From the NCBI GenBank assembly GCA_044347985.1, contig JBIKTS010000001.1, positions 1 to 31,075 of the forward strand: 31,075 bases of DNA, read 5' to 3'. The notes below the pieces were generated by a model that saw nothing but the letters and a program-made list of their open reading frames with translations, made no database searches and was not told the DNA's origin. The position numbers were made by a program, and so were the translations under genes. Numbering within the stretch: the first letter of the stretch is position 1; the number at the start of each line of letters is the position of its first letter. This document shows positions 20,201-27,594 of this stretch, piece by piece. This DNA comes from Candidatus Babeliales bacterium (GTDB lineage: Bacteria; Babelota; Babeliae; Babelales; JAUPTZ01).

Positions 20201-20860
20201 GTCTTTGATCACAGCATTAGCGCTGATGGCGACAGCGCAAGTTGCTCAATGCTGGCAATTGGCAAACTTGCTAACGCATTTCCTCAAAGCAAATATCTCA
20301 TGCGTCTTGGCACTCTGGGACAAGCAAGTATTTACGGCGGAGGAATGCTCTATTTTGTTGATAAAGACGCGAGCATGACACTCACCAGCGAAGGCAGCGT
20401 GGTACCATCTCCACATACTGTTACCGAATTACTCGATGAGGTGGTTGATATCAGCTTTATAACTTCAAATACTGGCGTTTACGCGCCACTTGCCTCCAGT
20501 TCTTCAACCCGCAAACGGAGTGAGAGAATCCCCGGAATTACCGATTACAACATTTTTGGACGTGGTATTGTAAAAAGTGAAGTAGGTTCTCCGTATGTAT
20601 TTGCAGGGCCTACCGAAGAATTCTTTTATGCACTGAAACTGTTTAACTACAGCACCAGCAAAGAAAACTTTGTGCCTGCATCGGTGACTGATGGCGTCCC
20701 ACTGGTCACTTCCGTAAGTGGTAGCACTATCGGACGATTAGTCCTTACTTCTGAAAGAATTCGGGATGGATCACTCTCTGATGCGCTCGACTACCGATAC
20801 CTTAAAGGAACAAAGCAGCGCCTTGGTCGTCCTACCGAATTCTGGCTGCCTGTTGAGTAA
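17279..20860 (+). CDS. Large (1193 aa) hypothetical secreted/surface protein
   Basis: True start ATG 17279 after TAGGAG. Signal peptide ending YVHA, Ala/Thr/Asp-rich helical N-half, Pro/Thr linker, Gly-rich beta-strand C-half. Confidence 0.8.
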   Translation: MNYIYRVLLLCCISVISYVHAGPIDTFITTTATTITTHTTTVNDLALLFGSLRSSAAADEGDALLELSESIDAVVGGSLGACSEEQLTLLNEQLDDVQALSSLCLDYIFLGDAHQAVATQLEALAEIDVTLEPAEITDIITTAKTALDEAKATYTNAYSLGVGHMDGIITDTAWAEFLTERTRATAAYDLAEALRVASTDYTAFVAAHSSLPDPEDDTLEDYDTSYLDAQNDIKTEATATLAALTNASSTLTALTESDAADDEHIDFIAQAALSIQDKVNQFTNELLARKIGAQGAPSSVGIRVLQRQLLFDATDFAAKDTIRTALIAAYQTQSDATADLDTAATAAAALISVDITPFEETPPAAAPDGERSNMGVIVDEKVAEFLSKMQLKIRGIFESLNAPIAQSQLDNITDTLSPAVYLQMTATVMNDWLIDRSALLLGMESIDDVVADFEREWDELVAILNATKAEPLISATARTAVTEAQTVPFFASLFSVTTHATIITQKATALVKRPSGSVRRIMTQGSAEFQRILLSLVPQILNNSVTKPVTLRTNASASTPAPRTVPETPSTTIADSTVLNAQLEDGEEVLITGSGTLAGRLRDVYFASTVANKLTADLKIFLNNSARMGLGTACTDNTSDSGQTLNLLGGSDVDSDSSVQLIPDGNCTIDLNSDIIIGGSKPIVPTAEFGKAEHRITFTSTVPRTITVLANVTWDLTDFGTVGAEYVEYGKQIVFAGQVRLVLEPGAKIRFPHVDPADIKKTVVLYFNEESSFVIQGDPLLIGNPWRDLLIAGSDCKRSKLLGMGEVWLSKNALMTIHKPALMGIEADYITPKTDITFSLQGEAQIALGTDTIAGGALQIGNMFFGGSKAHPHSDDPDPNFPNSAVNPAYEDEDEPFVPHKTTIDFTLRLGGSNTRFKIGRQGFLGFAAGVVNKDGAPSNSNAGPNGAVGMSNSAWQLQRLYNVGNITIDISQGVFDHSISADGDSASCSMLAIGKLANAFPQSKYLMRLGTLGQASIYGGGMLYFVDKDASMTLTSEGSVVPSPHTVTELLDEVVDISFITSNTGVYAPLASSSSTRKRSERIPGITDYNIFGRGIVKSEVGSPYVFAGPTEEFFYALKLFNYSTSKENFVPASVTDGVPLVTSVSGSTIGRLVLTSERIRDGSLSDALDYRYLKGTKQRLGRPTEFWLPVE

Positions 20861-20946
20861 TGTTGAGTAGTAAAGAGAGGCAAATCAATAACACCTAAGA
20901 TCACTACACTGCTTTTTATAGCACGCAATACCACTGCGCAACCAAT

Positions 20947-20994
20947 TTTTACCAGTATTTTAATACATTGCTATGTCGCAAAATACTGGTAAAA
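20947..20994. repeat. Perfect 15-bp inverted repeat with 18-nt spacer
   Basis: TTTTACCAGTATTTT (20947-20961) / AAAATACTGGTAAAA (20980-20994); overlaps TTGCTA-N16-TAAAAT (20968-20995). Confidence 0.85.
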
Positions 20995-21074
20995 TGAGTA
21001 AGATATATACAAATAAAACAAGCACCATCTATACTCAAACAAGTAGTAGTTATAAATGCTAGAGCAGGATCTGA

Positions 21075-22361
21075 ATGTATAAACTTCGTCACATTGAAGG
21101 TGAATTGCGCAACATGGCGCGCCTTTTTAAAGTAATTATCGTTACCGGCGCGCGTCAGGTAGGAAAAACAACACTGCTTCAACATGTTTTCCCTCATGCC
21201 AAAACGGTCACTTTTGATCCCAACGAAGACGTGTACCAAGCGCGCCAAGATCCAGCGTTTTTTTTTCAAACACAGCCAAAACCACTGATTCTTGATGAAA
21301 TCCAATATGCTCCCGAACTGCTTCCAGTGCTCAAAAGATTGGTAGATCAGAGTCCTGAATATGGGCAGTATTTTCTCACCGGATCGCACAACCTCCAAGT
21401 TTTGAAAAGTGCTGCTGAAAGTATGGCTGGCCGAGTCGGTATTCTTAATCTTACTTCGCTTACCACCTATGAAATTTCCGAGTCATTTTCATTCAACTCG
21501 CAAGATCAACCTAGTCCTCCATTATGGCTCAAAGAATATTTAGCCGACCCTCTTTCACTTCCCGCAAAAATTGGTGGAGTAACCCCACAATCAGCTGTTG
21601 AAGCTCTCTGGCGAGGAGGGTTGCCTGGCACGCTACATTTCCCAAACAAAACACTGTCTCGTTATTTCTCCGCTTATTTTCAAACATACATCCAGCGAGA
21701 CATTCGCAGCATTGCCCAGATCGATGACCTCACGGCATTTCAGCAATTTGTCAGAATTATCAGCACACTCACCGGACAAGAAATTAATAACGCCCACCTA
21801 GGACGAGAAGCTGATATTGATCCTCGCACAGCACGTAATTGGCTTCGTTTATTACAACACAGCTATCAATGGCACGAAATAGTTCCGTACAGCAGAAATG
21901 CTATCAAGCAGGTAGTGAGTACAAAAACCAAAGGATATCTCAACGACACCGGCCTTGCGTGCTTTTTACTAAAAATTACTGACGAATCTTCCATTCTTGC
22001 TCACCCTGCTCGCGGTGCGTTATTTGAAACGCTTGTTGTTAATCATATTGTTACGATGATCCACATCCTTGGAGATATTGCACATATCTACTACTGGAGA
22101 ACACGAAACGGCGCCGAAGTCGACCTCATTCTCGAGCACAATGGGGCGCTCTACCCAATTGAAATAAAAATGAAAGCAACTCTGAGCAGCAATGATCTTT
22201 CTGGGCTCCGGGCATTCAGAGAAGCTAATAAAGATAAATCAGTTATTAAAACAGCACTCGTTATCTATGCCGGCACTGAATGTTATTGGCTTGATAAAGA
22301 TACTCTTGCGCTTCCATGGAACGCGGTGTGCAAAGATTTTGCACAATCACCAATCGAATGA
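21075..22361 (+). CDS. AAA_14 ATPase with C-terminal DUF4143 domain
   Basis: GARQVGKTT Walker A, LILDEIQ Walker B, FLTGS, GGLP, YLNDTGL, GALFETLV, YYWRTRNGAEVDL...PIEIK. Confidence 0.9.
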   Translation: MYKLRHIEGELRNMARLFKVIIVTGARQVGKTTLLQHVFPHAKTVTFDPNEDVYQARQDPAFFFQTQPKPLILDEIQYAPELLPVLKRLVDQSPEYGQYFLTGSHNLQVLKSAAESMAGRVGILNLTSLTTYEISESFSFNSQDQPSPPLWLKEYLADPLSLPAKIGGVTPQSAVEALWRGGLPGTLHFPNKTLSRYFSAYFQTYIQRDIRSIAQIDDLTAFQQFVRIISTLTGQEINNAHLGREADIDPRTARNWLRLLQHSYQWHEIVPYSRNAIKQVVSTKTKGYLNDTGLACFLLKITDESSILAHPARGALFETLVVNHIVTMIHILGDIAHIYYWRTRNGAEVDLILEHNGALYPIEIKMKATLSSNDLSGLRAFREANKDKSVIKTALVIYAGTECYWLDKDTLALPWNAVCKDFAQSPIE

Positions 22362-22367
22362 TACTAT
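22339..22367 (+). promoter_or_regulatory. Probable gltX promoter
   Basis: TTGCAC-N17-TACTAT with extended -10 TG at 22359-22360, 40 nt upstream of the start. Confidence 0.55.
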
Positions 22368-22407
22368 ACTGAGTAATATCATATATTTTGCTTGTGAAAG
22401 ACTGTTT

Positions 22408-23853
22408 ATGACCATCATGCGCACGCGCTTTGCACCATCTCCTACCGGCTATCTTCATGTGGGCGGACTCCGCACTGCACTGTTTTCCTACCTACTCGCC
22501 AAAAAACATGGCGGGCAATTTTTACTGCGCGTAGAAGACACCGATCAAGCACGCTCAGTACCTGGAGCTGTCCAGAACATGATTGAATCACTGAAATGGG
22601 CCGGTATCGAGTTTGACGAAGGCCCCGGAAAAGATGGGGGTTGCGGGCCATACATACAATCAGAGCGGCTGCATTTGTATGCACAGTACGCCCAGCAACT
22701 GATTGCGCAAGGAAATGCTTATTACTGTTTTTGCTCATCTGAGCGCCTGGACGCCATGCGCGCAGAGCAAGTGGCACAAAAACTTCCTCCCGCATACGAC
22801 AAGCGCTGTAGAAATCTAACTCCGCAAGAAATCGCCGACAACAAAGCTACACACCCACACGCAGTCATTCGGATGAAGGTTCCCCTGGAAGGAGAGATGA
22901 CGTTTAATGACCTCATTCGCGGGCCGGTGACATTTAGCTATAAAAACGTAGATGACCAAGTGCTTATGAAATCTGATGGGTTTCCCACCTACCACCTTGC
23001 GGTTGTAGTGGATGACCATTGTATGAATATCTCACACGTTATTCGGGGCGAGGAATGGCTCTCATCAACACCAAAACACATACTGCTCTATCAATACTTT
23101 GGCTGGCACGCGCCTCAATTTGCTCACCTCTCATTACTTCTCAATAGCGATCGCAGCAAGCTCAGCAAGCGCCAAGGCGATGTAGCCGTGGAAGACTACC
23201 GTAATAAAGGATATCTGCCTGAAGCACTCGTTAACTTTGTGGCGTTTCTTGGCTGGAATCCGGGCGATACCCGTGAGATTTTTAGCATGCAGGAATTGAT
23301 TACCGATTTCTCACTTGCTGGCGTAAGTAAAGCGGGTGCTATTTTCAATATTGAAAAACTTGATTGGCTGAACGGGCAATACATCCAAAAAATGACCGGC
23401 GCTGAGTTACTGACTCGCGTCAAGCCACTTCTTGAAGAACAAGGACTCGCTACGCGCGACGATGCATATCTTGCCGCAGCATTAGAACTCCTCAAAGAAC
23501 GTGTGACGGTCTTGCCTGATTTTTTAAGCAACGGCGCATATTTCTTTACCGCGCCAGCCTCGTATGATGAAAAAATTGTCGCAAAAGCATGGAAGCCGGA
23601 AACGGCACTGCTCATAAAAGCACTGGTTGATCTGTTTGCCGCTTTGCCAGTATTTGATGCAGGCACCATTGAAACAGCGCTCAGAGAATATGCAACGCAG
23701 CACTCACTTGGCATGGGGGCGATTATTCAACCACTCAGACTTGCACTCTCAGGCGTTGGCCAAGGACCGGCGGTGTATCAGATTGCTGCGCTGCTTGGCA
23801 GAGAAGAAGTTATACGCCGCTGTACAGCGATGTGTAATGCTTTGAGCATATAA
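22408..23853 (+). CDS. gltX: Glutamate--tRNA ligase
   Basis: RTRFAPSPTGYLHVGG (HIGH), LRVEDTD, HVIRGEEW, KLSKR (KMSKS), PLRLALSG. Start at 22408 or 22417. Confidence 0.97.
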   Translation: MTIMRTRFAPSPTGYLHVGGLRTALFSYLLAKKHGGQFLLRVEDTDQARSVPGAVQNMIESLKWAGIEFDEGPGKDGGCGPYIQSERLHLYAQYAQQLIAQGNAYYCFCSSERLDAMRAEQVAQKLPPAYDKRCRNLTPQEIADNKATHPHAVIRMKVPLEGEMTFNDLIRGPVTFSYKNVDDQVLMKSDGFPTYHLAVVVDDHCMNISHVIRGEEWLSSTPKHILLYQYFGWHAPQFAHLSLLLNSDRSKLSKRQGDVAVEDYRNKGYLPEALVNFVAFLGWNPGDTREIFSMQELITDFSLAGVSKAGAIFNIEKLDWLNGQYIQKMTGAELLTRVKPLLEEQGLATRDDAYLAAALELLKERVTVLPDFLSNGAYFFTAPASYDEKIVAKAWKPETALLIKALVDLFAALPVFDAGTIETALREYATQHSLGMGAIIQPLRLALSGVGQGPAVYQIAALLGREEVIRRCTAMCNALSI

Positions 23854-23952
23854 AACGAGATATTTTCAATGTCCTGGGCTACTTCACTACGCTCGCAGAG
23901 ACGCGCGGTGAAGCGCTGCTGTAGGCGCAGCGCTCTCGTATCGGCAGAAATA

Positions 23953-25884
23953 TTATGATTCAGGCGCTTGCCGAGACGCTTGCGTAAGAGCTCCCACAAA
24001 CGCACTACGAAGAGGTGACCAGCGAGTTCGTCTTGCGATTTCTTCATCAAACAAACGACGAGTTGTTCCTTCTTGGTCAGTTTCAGCAAATTCAGCACTC
24101 TTAATGAGAGCATCAACAGTCATCCCACAACTGTCAGGAATGTCAACGCGCGCATTGTTCTCGAGTAAAAATTTTATCACTTGTTCATCTTCATATGGCA
24201 TTACCTGATGAAGCACTGTGCTCTGATATGAAGAATATTGCGAAACAAGATTAATATCGGCTCCGCGCGTTAAAAGAAAAGAAGCAAGAGCAAAGCGCTC
24301 ATCAAGAGACATTCTTAAACGATCATTAAAAATTTTCATAAAAGGAGAAAACCCTTTTTTATTATACCCATCAACATAAGCACCTCGATCAAGCAGACAC
24401 TGCATGACCGCTATTTTATGTGGGATACTTGATCGTATAACAGCATGCAAAGGAGTATCTCCCTCAGAATCATGTGCGTTAGGATTTATACCAGCATCCA
24501 GTAACCTGTTTAATGTCGCAAACCAATTAGGATCACGGTACACCCGACTAACAATATAATCAGTCACTTCAGAAACCGTAACTATAGCACCTTTTGCTTG
24601 TAGTTCAGCTACCAAGGTATCTTGAACTCCTCTTCTGAGAGCTTCACACAAAGATCCTCGAAGATCATTAGCGCCATTATCTAAAAGAAATCTCACTGCT
24701 TCCAAATCAGCAGATCCAACACAATATGCCAATAAAGGCAACTCAGAAAGAAATATCCCTCCCTGATTGATATCAGCTCCTGCATCTAATAATAATTGAG
24801 CCAACCCTACATTGGATGGTTTTTTATAAGCTTCATCAAAACCTAATGCTATAGCCAAAAGAGAAACATTTCGATCAGGAATATTGACCTGAGCGCCACG
24901 ATCCAACAATAACCTAACCATTGCTTCGTTATTGTTTTCTAGAGCATAGCGCAAAGGATCTCCAATCTCACAACTTCCATTCACTGACATACCAGAATCA
25001 AGAAGAGCGGTCACTGTATCTATATCATTTCTCTTCACAGCAACTTCCAATTGTGGCTCAGGCGGCAGTGGAGGAAAATGAGACGCTAAACGATCTAAAA
25101 CTGCGTCTGCTATCGCACTCAAAGCGGCTGTATGTGGATCAGAAGGATCTCGACTCCCAAGCATTCTAGACATTATCTGTGAACGAGATTGATCTACCCA
25201 GCTACCCTGGTTCAGGTTAGTAACAGTGCCTGACGCCGCTCCATCAACTGTTGGCCCTGGCTGAAATGCTGTATCCCTTAATGGTTGCACAGGAACTGGA
25301 TCAACTAACGATAAAGGCATGTTTGGACACGCAACCACCAATAACCCCGGCATCTCTGCGTGCACACGTTGAGATGCATCAAAAACCTCACGTTTACCTG
25401 TATGCAATAATGGCAACTCAGATGCATTAGATAATCGCCTCATCTGAGCACGTGCAGCAACTATCGCCAGTGTCATGATTGCAGCGCTTCCTAAACAAAT
25501 CCCCCACTTTGCACTAACACTCAACCCCCTGTTTCTACGCGTAAGCTGATTAAGCAGTAGCTGAATCGACACCTTTGTATCGTTTGCAAGTGACATCTTG
25601 ACTAAATCTTTCTTTAACTGAAGGCACTGACGTTTAAAATTTTTTGGTGGCCGCCCCCCTTTAAAATCCATCCAATCAATCAGTTTATAAAGTGCCTCAA
25701 GAACTTTTTGCGCAGCCTGAGTACCTTCTGCTTCTAATTTTTCAATTGCCACCTCTGATAATTGCTGCAATTGAGGATTTTTTGCCATAATTGAGCCAGG
25801 CATAAACTCCACAGTAGTGCTTTGAATTGAACCTATCGACAGGGCTGCAACAATACCCACAATACTTATTCTCATGTAATTCAT
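23953..25884 (-). CDS. Ankyrin-repeat protein with signal peptide, family linker domain and membrane anchor
   Basis: About nine ankyrin-like repeats (LLLDRGAQVN, LLLDAGADIN, GDTPLHAV, FLLTRGADIN). N-terminal GSIMAKNPQ module. Confidence 0.9.
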   Translation of the reverse strand: MNYMRISIVGIVAALSIGSIQSTTVEFMPGSIMAKNPQLQQLSEVAIEKLEAEGTQAAQKVLEALYKLIDWMDFKGGRPPKNFKRQCLQLKKDLVKMSLANDTKVSIQLLLNQLTRRNRGLSVSAKWGICLGSAAIMTLAIVAARAQMRRLSNASELPLLHTGKREVFDASQRVHAEMPGLLVVACPNMPLSLVDPVPVQPLRDTAFQPGPTVDGAASGTVTNLNQGSWVDQSRSQIMSRMLGSRDPSDPHTAALSAIADAVLDRLASHFPPLPPEPQLEVAVKRNDIDTVTALLDSGMSVNGSCEIGDPLRYALENNNEAMVRLLLDRGAQVNIPDRNVSLLAIALGFDEAYKKPSNVGLAQLLLDAGADINQGGIFLSELPLLAYCVGSADLEAVRFLLDNGANDLRGSLCEALRRGVQDTLVAELQAKGAIVTVSEVTDYIVSRVYRDPNWFATLNRLLDAGINPNAHDSEGDTPLHAVIRSSIPHKIAVMQCLLDRGAYVDGYNKKGFSPFMKIFNDRLRMSLDERFALASFLLTRGADINLVSQYSSYQSTVLHQVMPYEDEQVIKFLLENNARVDIPDSCGMTVDALIKSAEFAETDQEGTTRRLFDEEIARRTRWSPLRSAFVGALTQASRQAPES

Positions 25885-25918
25885 ATGTTATCCAATAATA
25901 AAAATGCTATCTCAATGG

Positions 25919-26731
25919 TTACGCGTACAGTTGAACTTCTGGCGATTGCAGCGGCTGCTCCATTGCAGGGTTTTCTACAGGCTGATACACCGGATTTGGA
26001 TCATGGGTCGGCGTAACTGGAAAACCTCCTGCTGGCACTTCAGACTTGGGCCCTGTTGGTGGGCTAGGAAGGCGTCTAAATTGATCCCATAACGAACTCA
26101 ATAAACTTTTCTCATCAGAAGCATCAGGCGCAACTGCACGACCACCTTTACGTTTATGCATGCGTATTGAGCTTCCCATACCCCCTGAAGGATAGTCATC
26201 TGAACCCCAGCCACCACCTGAACTGCCTCCCAAACCTTGATGGTAGTTCCTTTGAAGCCATTGCCTTCTCGCATATACAGCAGCTCCGGCAGTACCACCC
26301 AGCAACGCTAAAGCAGCCAAAGATGTTGTAACCGCGGTAACCACTGCTTTGCGCACTAGTGCGCGTCTTGCACGCGTTGCAAATTGCCTCAAAAGCTTCT
26401 TTTGTATGGTGCTCAGCACAGTATTGGACTTAACACTGCGCAAAAACTCTTTTGCTCGTGCACGAAACTCTTTAACAGACTTTCTTTTTTTCAAAAGCAC
26501 CCATTCGGAGAGTTGATTAAATTTGGCGGTAAAATCAGTATCGTGAACCGTACGAGCAACGTCCTGGGCTTGCTCATACAGCGCCGCAATTTGAGGGTTT
26601 TTTGCCAGTAATGAACCACTCTGATATGCAGTAGCCACATTCTTTTTTACATTCTTCTTTGCATCAAGCGTCGCTCCGAAAAGCAGACAACTCAATAAAA
26701 CACTCATGCAACGATACTGCAAATTATTCAT
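25919..26731 (-). CDS. Modular family member with Gly/Ser- and Pro-rich tail
   Basis: Start ATG 26731 after GGAG. Signal ending LDA-K, GSLLAKNPQ module, hydrophobic anchor, disordered tail. Confidence 0.8.
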   Translation of the reverse strand: MNNLQYRCMSVLLSCLLFGATLDAKKNVKKNVATAYQSGSLLAKNPQIAALYEQAQDVARTVHDTDFTAKFNQLSEWVLLKKRKSVKEFRARAKEFLRSVKSNTVLSTIQKKLLRQFATRARRALVRKAVVTAVTTSLAALALLGGTAGAAVYARRQWLQRNYHQGLGGSSGGGWGSDDYPSGGMGSSIRMHKRKGGRAVAPDASDEKSLLSSLWDQFRRLPSPPTGPKSEVPAGGFPVTPTHDPNPVYQPVENPAMEQPLQSPEVQLYA

Positions 26732-26876
26732 ACATATTCTCCATATAACATCATAACTCACTATACATTATCATACTCTTAAAAGACCATAAGTTGTTTA
26801 GGTTCAAACTGGTGGCCACGTAATCTCATTTTAATCAACAATCTGGATCGCCACGGCACGCAGTGCCTCGCGAAGA

Positions 26877-27449
26877 CTAGCGCTGTGATGGTGGCGAAGG
26901 ATAGCCTGGTGGCGGTACAACAACCGCAACCCACGGTGAATCAATAGGCGGCGCCGAAGGAGCATGAGGATCTTTTGGCAAAGATTCCTTATTCCACTTC
27001 ACCACACCAATCACCCCTGCAGCAGCCACAACTGCTAAACTTGCTATCACAACAGGAGCAACCAATTGTCGCTTTTTCTTACGCAGTCGCCGGCACACAT
27101 CACCAAATAATGCTTTTTCATTATCTGTCAGCCACTCAGATGCGTTTACTTTTTTGGCTAAATTTTTGAGACGCATATGAAATTTCGCCGGCGCCTTACC
27201 TTTTTTGAGACAAGCCCAATCAGCCAGCGCGCGCAATTCACGTGTTATTTCCACAGTGCCTTGAAGCGTAAAAAATGTATCAAGAAGACGGTGATATGCT
27301 TCAGAGAGTGTAGCATCTTTTGCCAGCACTGATCCGGGCTGACACTGGAAAAAAGTTTCACGAGAGCTCAGAACTCGCAGCTCTGCTGCAGATACTGACA
27401 AAACACAACTAAACGCAAAAATTATAAACCCATACAAAGGATTACTCAT
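26877..27449 (-). CDS. Modular family member with short Pro-rich tail
   Basis: Start ATG 27449 after GAGGG. GSVLAKD module, LADWACLKKGK, anchor LVAPVVIASLAVVAAAGVIGVV. Confidence 0.8.
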   Translation of the reverse strand: MSNPLYGFIIFAFSCVLSVSAAELRVLSSRETFFQCQPGSVLAKDATLSEAYHRLLDTFFTLQGTVEITRELRALADWACLKKGKAPAKFHMRLKNLAKKVNASEWLTDNEKALFGDVCRRLRKKKRQLVAPVVIASLAVVAAAGVIGVVKWNKESLPKDPHAPSAPPIDSPWVAVVVPPPGYPSPPSQR

Positions 27450-27497
27450 ATATCCCTCTAACATAAAAGATTATGTTTTAATTATAAAAACCCATTC

Positions 27498-27581
27498 TTT
27501 TAAGGTACCAGAGATAACATTAATTGCAAGAGCAAGGCAGCCCTATCAAAATTTATACGTAACTCTCAACTGACCGCCACT
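27498..27581. repeat. Direct repeat, copy 1 (84 bp)
   Basis: 77/84 identical to 29552..29635. On the - strand it encodes SGGQLRVTYKF-stop and carries TTGCAA-N16-TACCTT. Confidence 0.95.
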
Positions 27582-27594
27582 TAAGTCCCTCGAA

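Noticed and set aside
23912-23934. 8-bp GC hairpin between convergent gltX and the ankyrin gene
   Set aside because: No U-tract on either strand, so it is not callable as a terminator.
26830-26900. Alternative frame past the 26877 stop (SLREALRAVAIQIVD) as a frameshifted remnant
   Set aside because: Too short, with no homology evidence; not enough to call a pseudogene.
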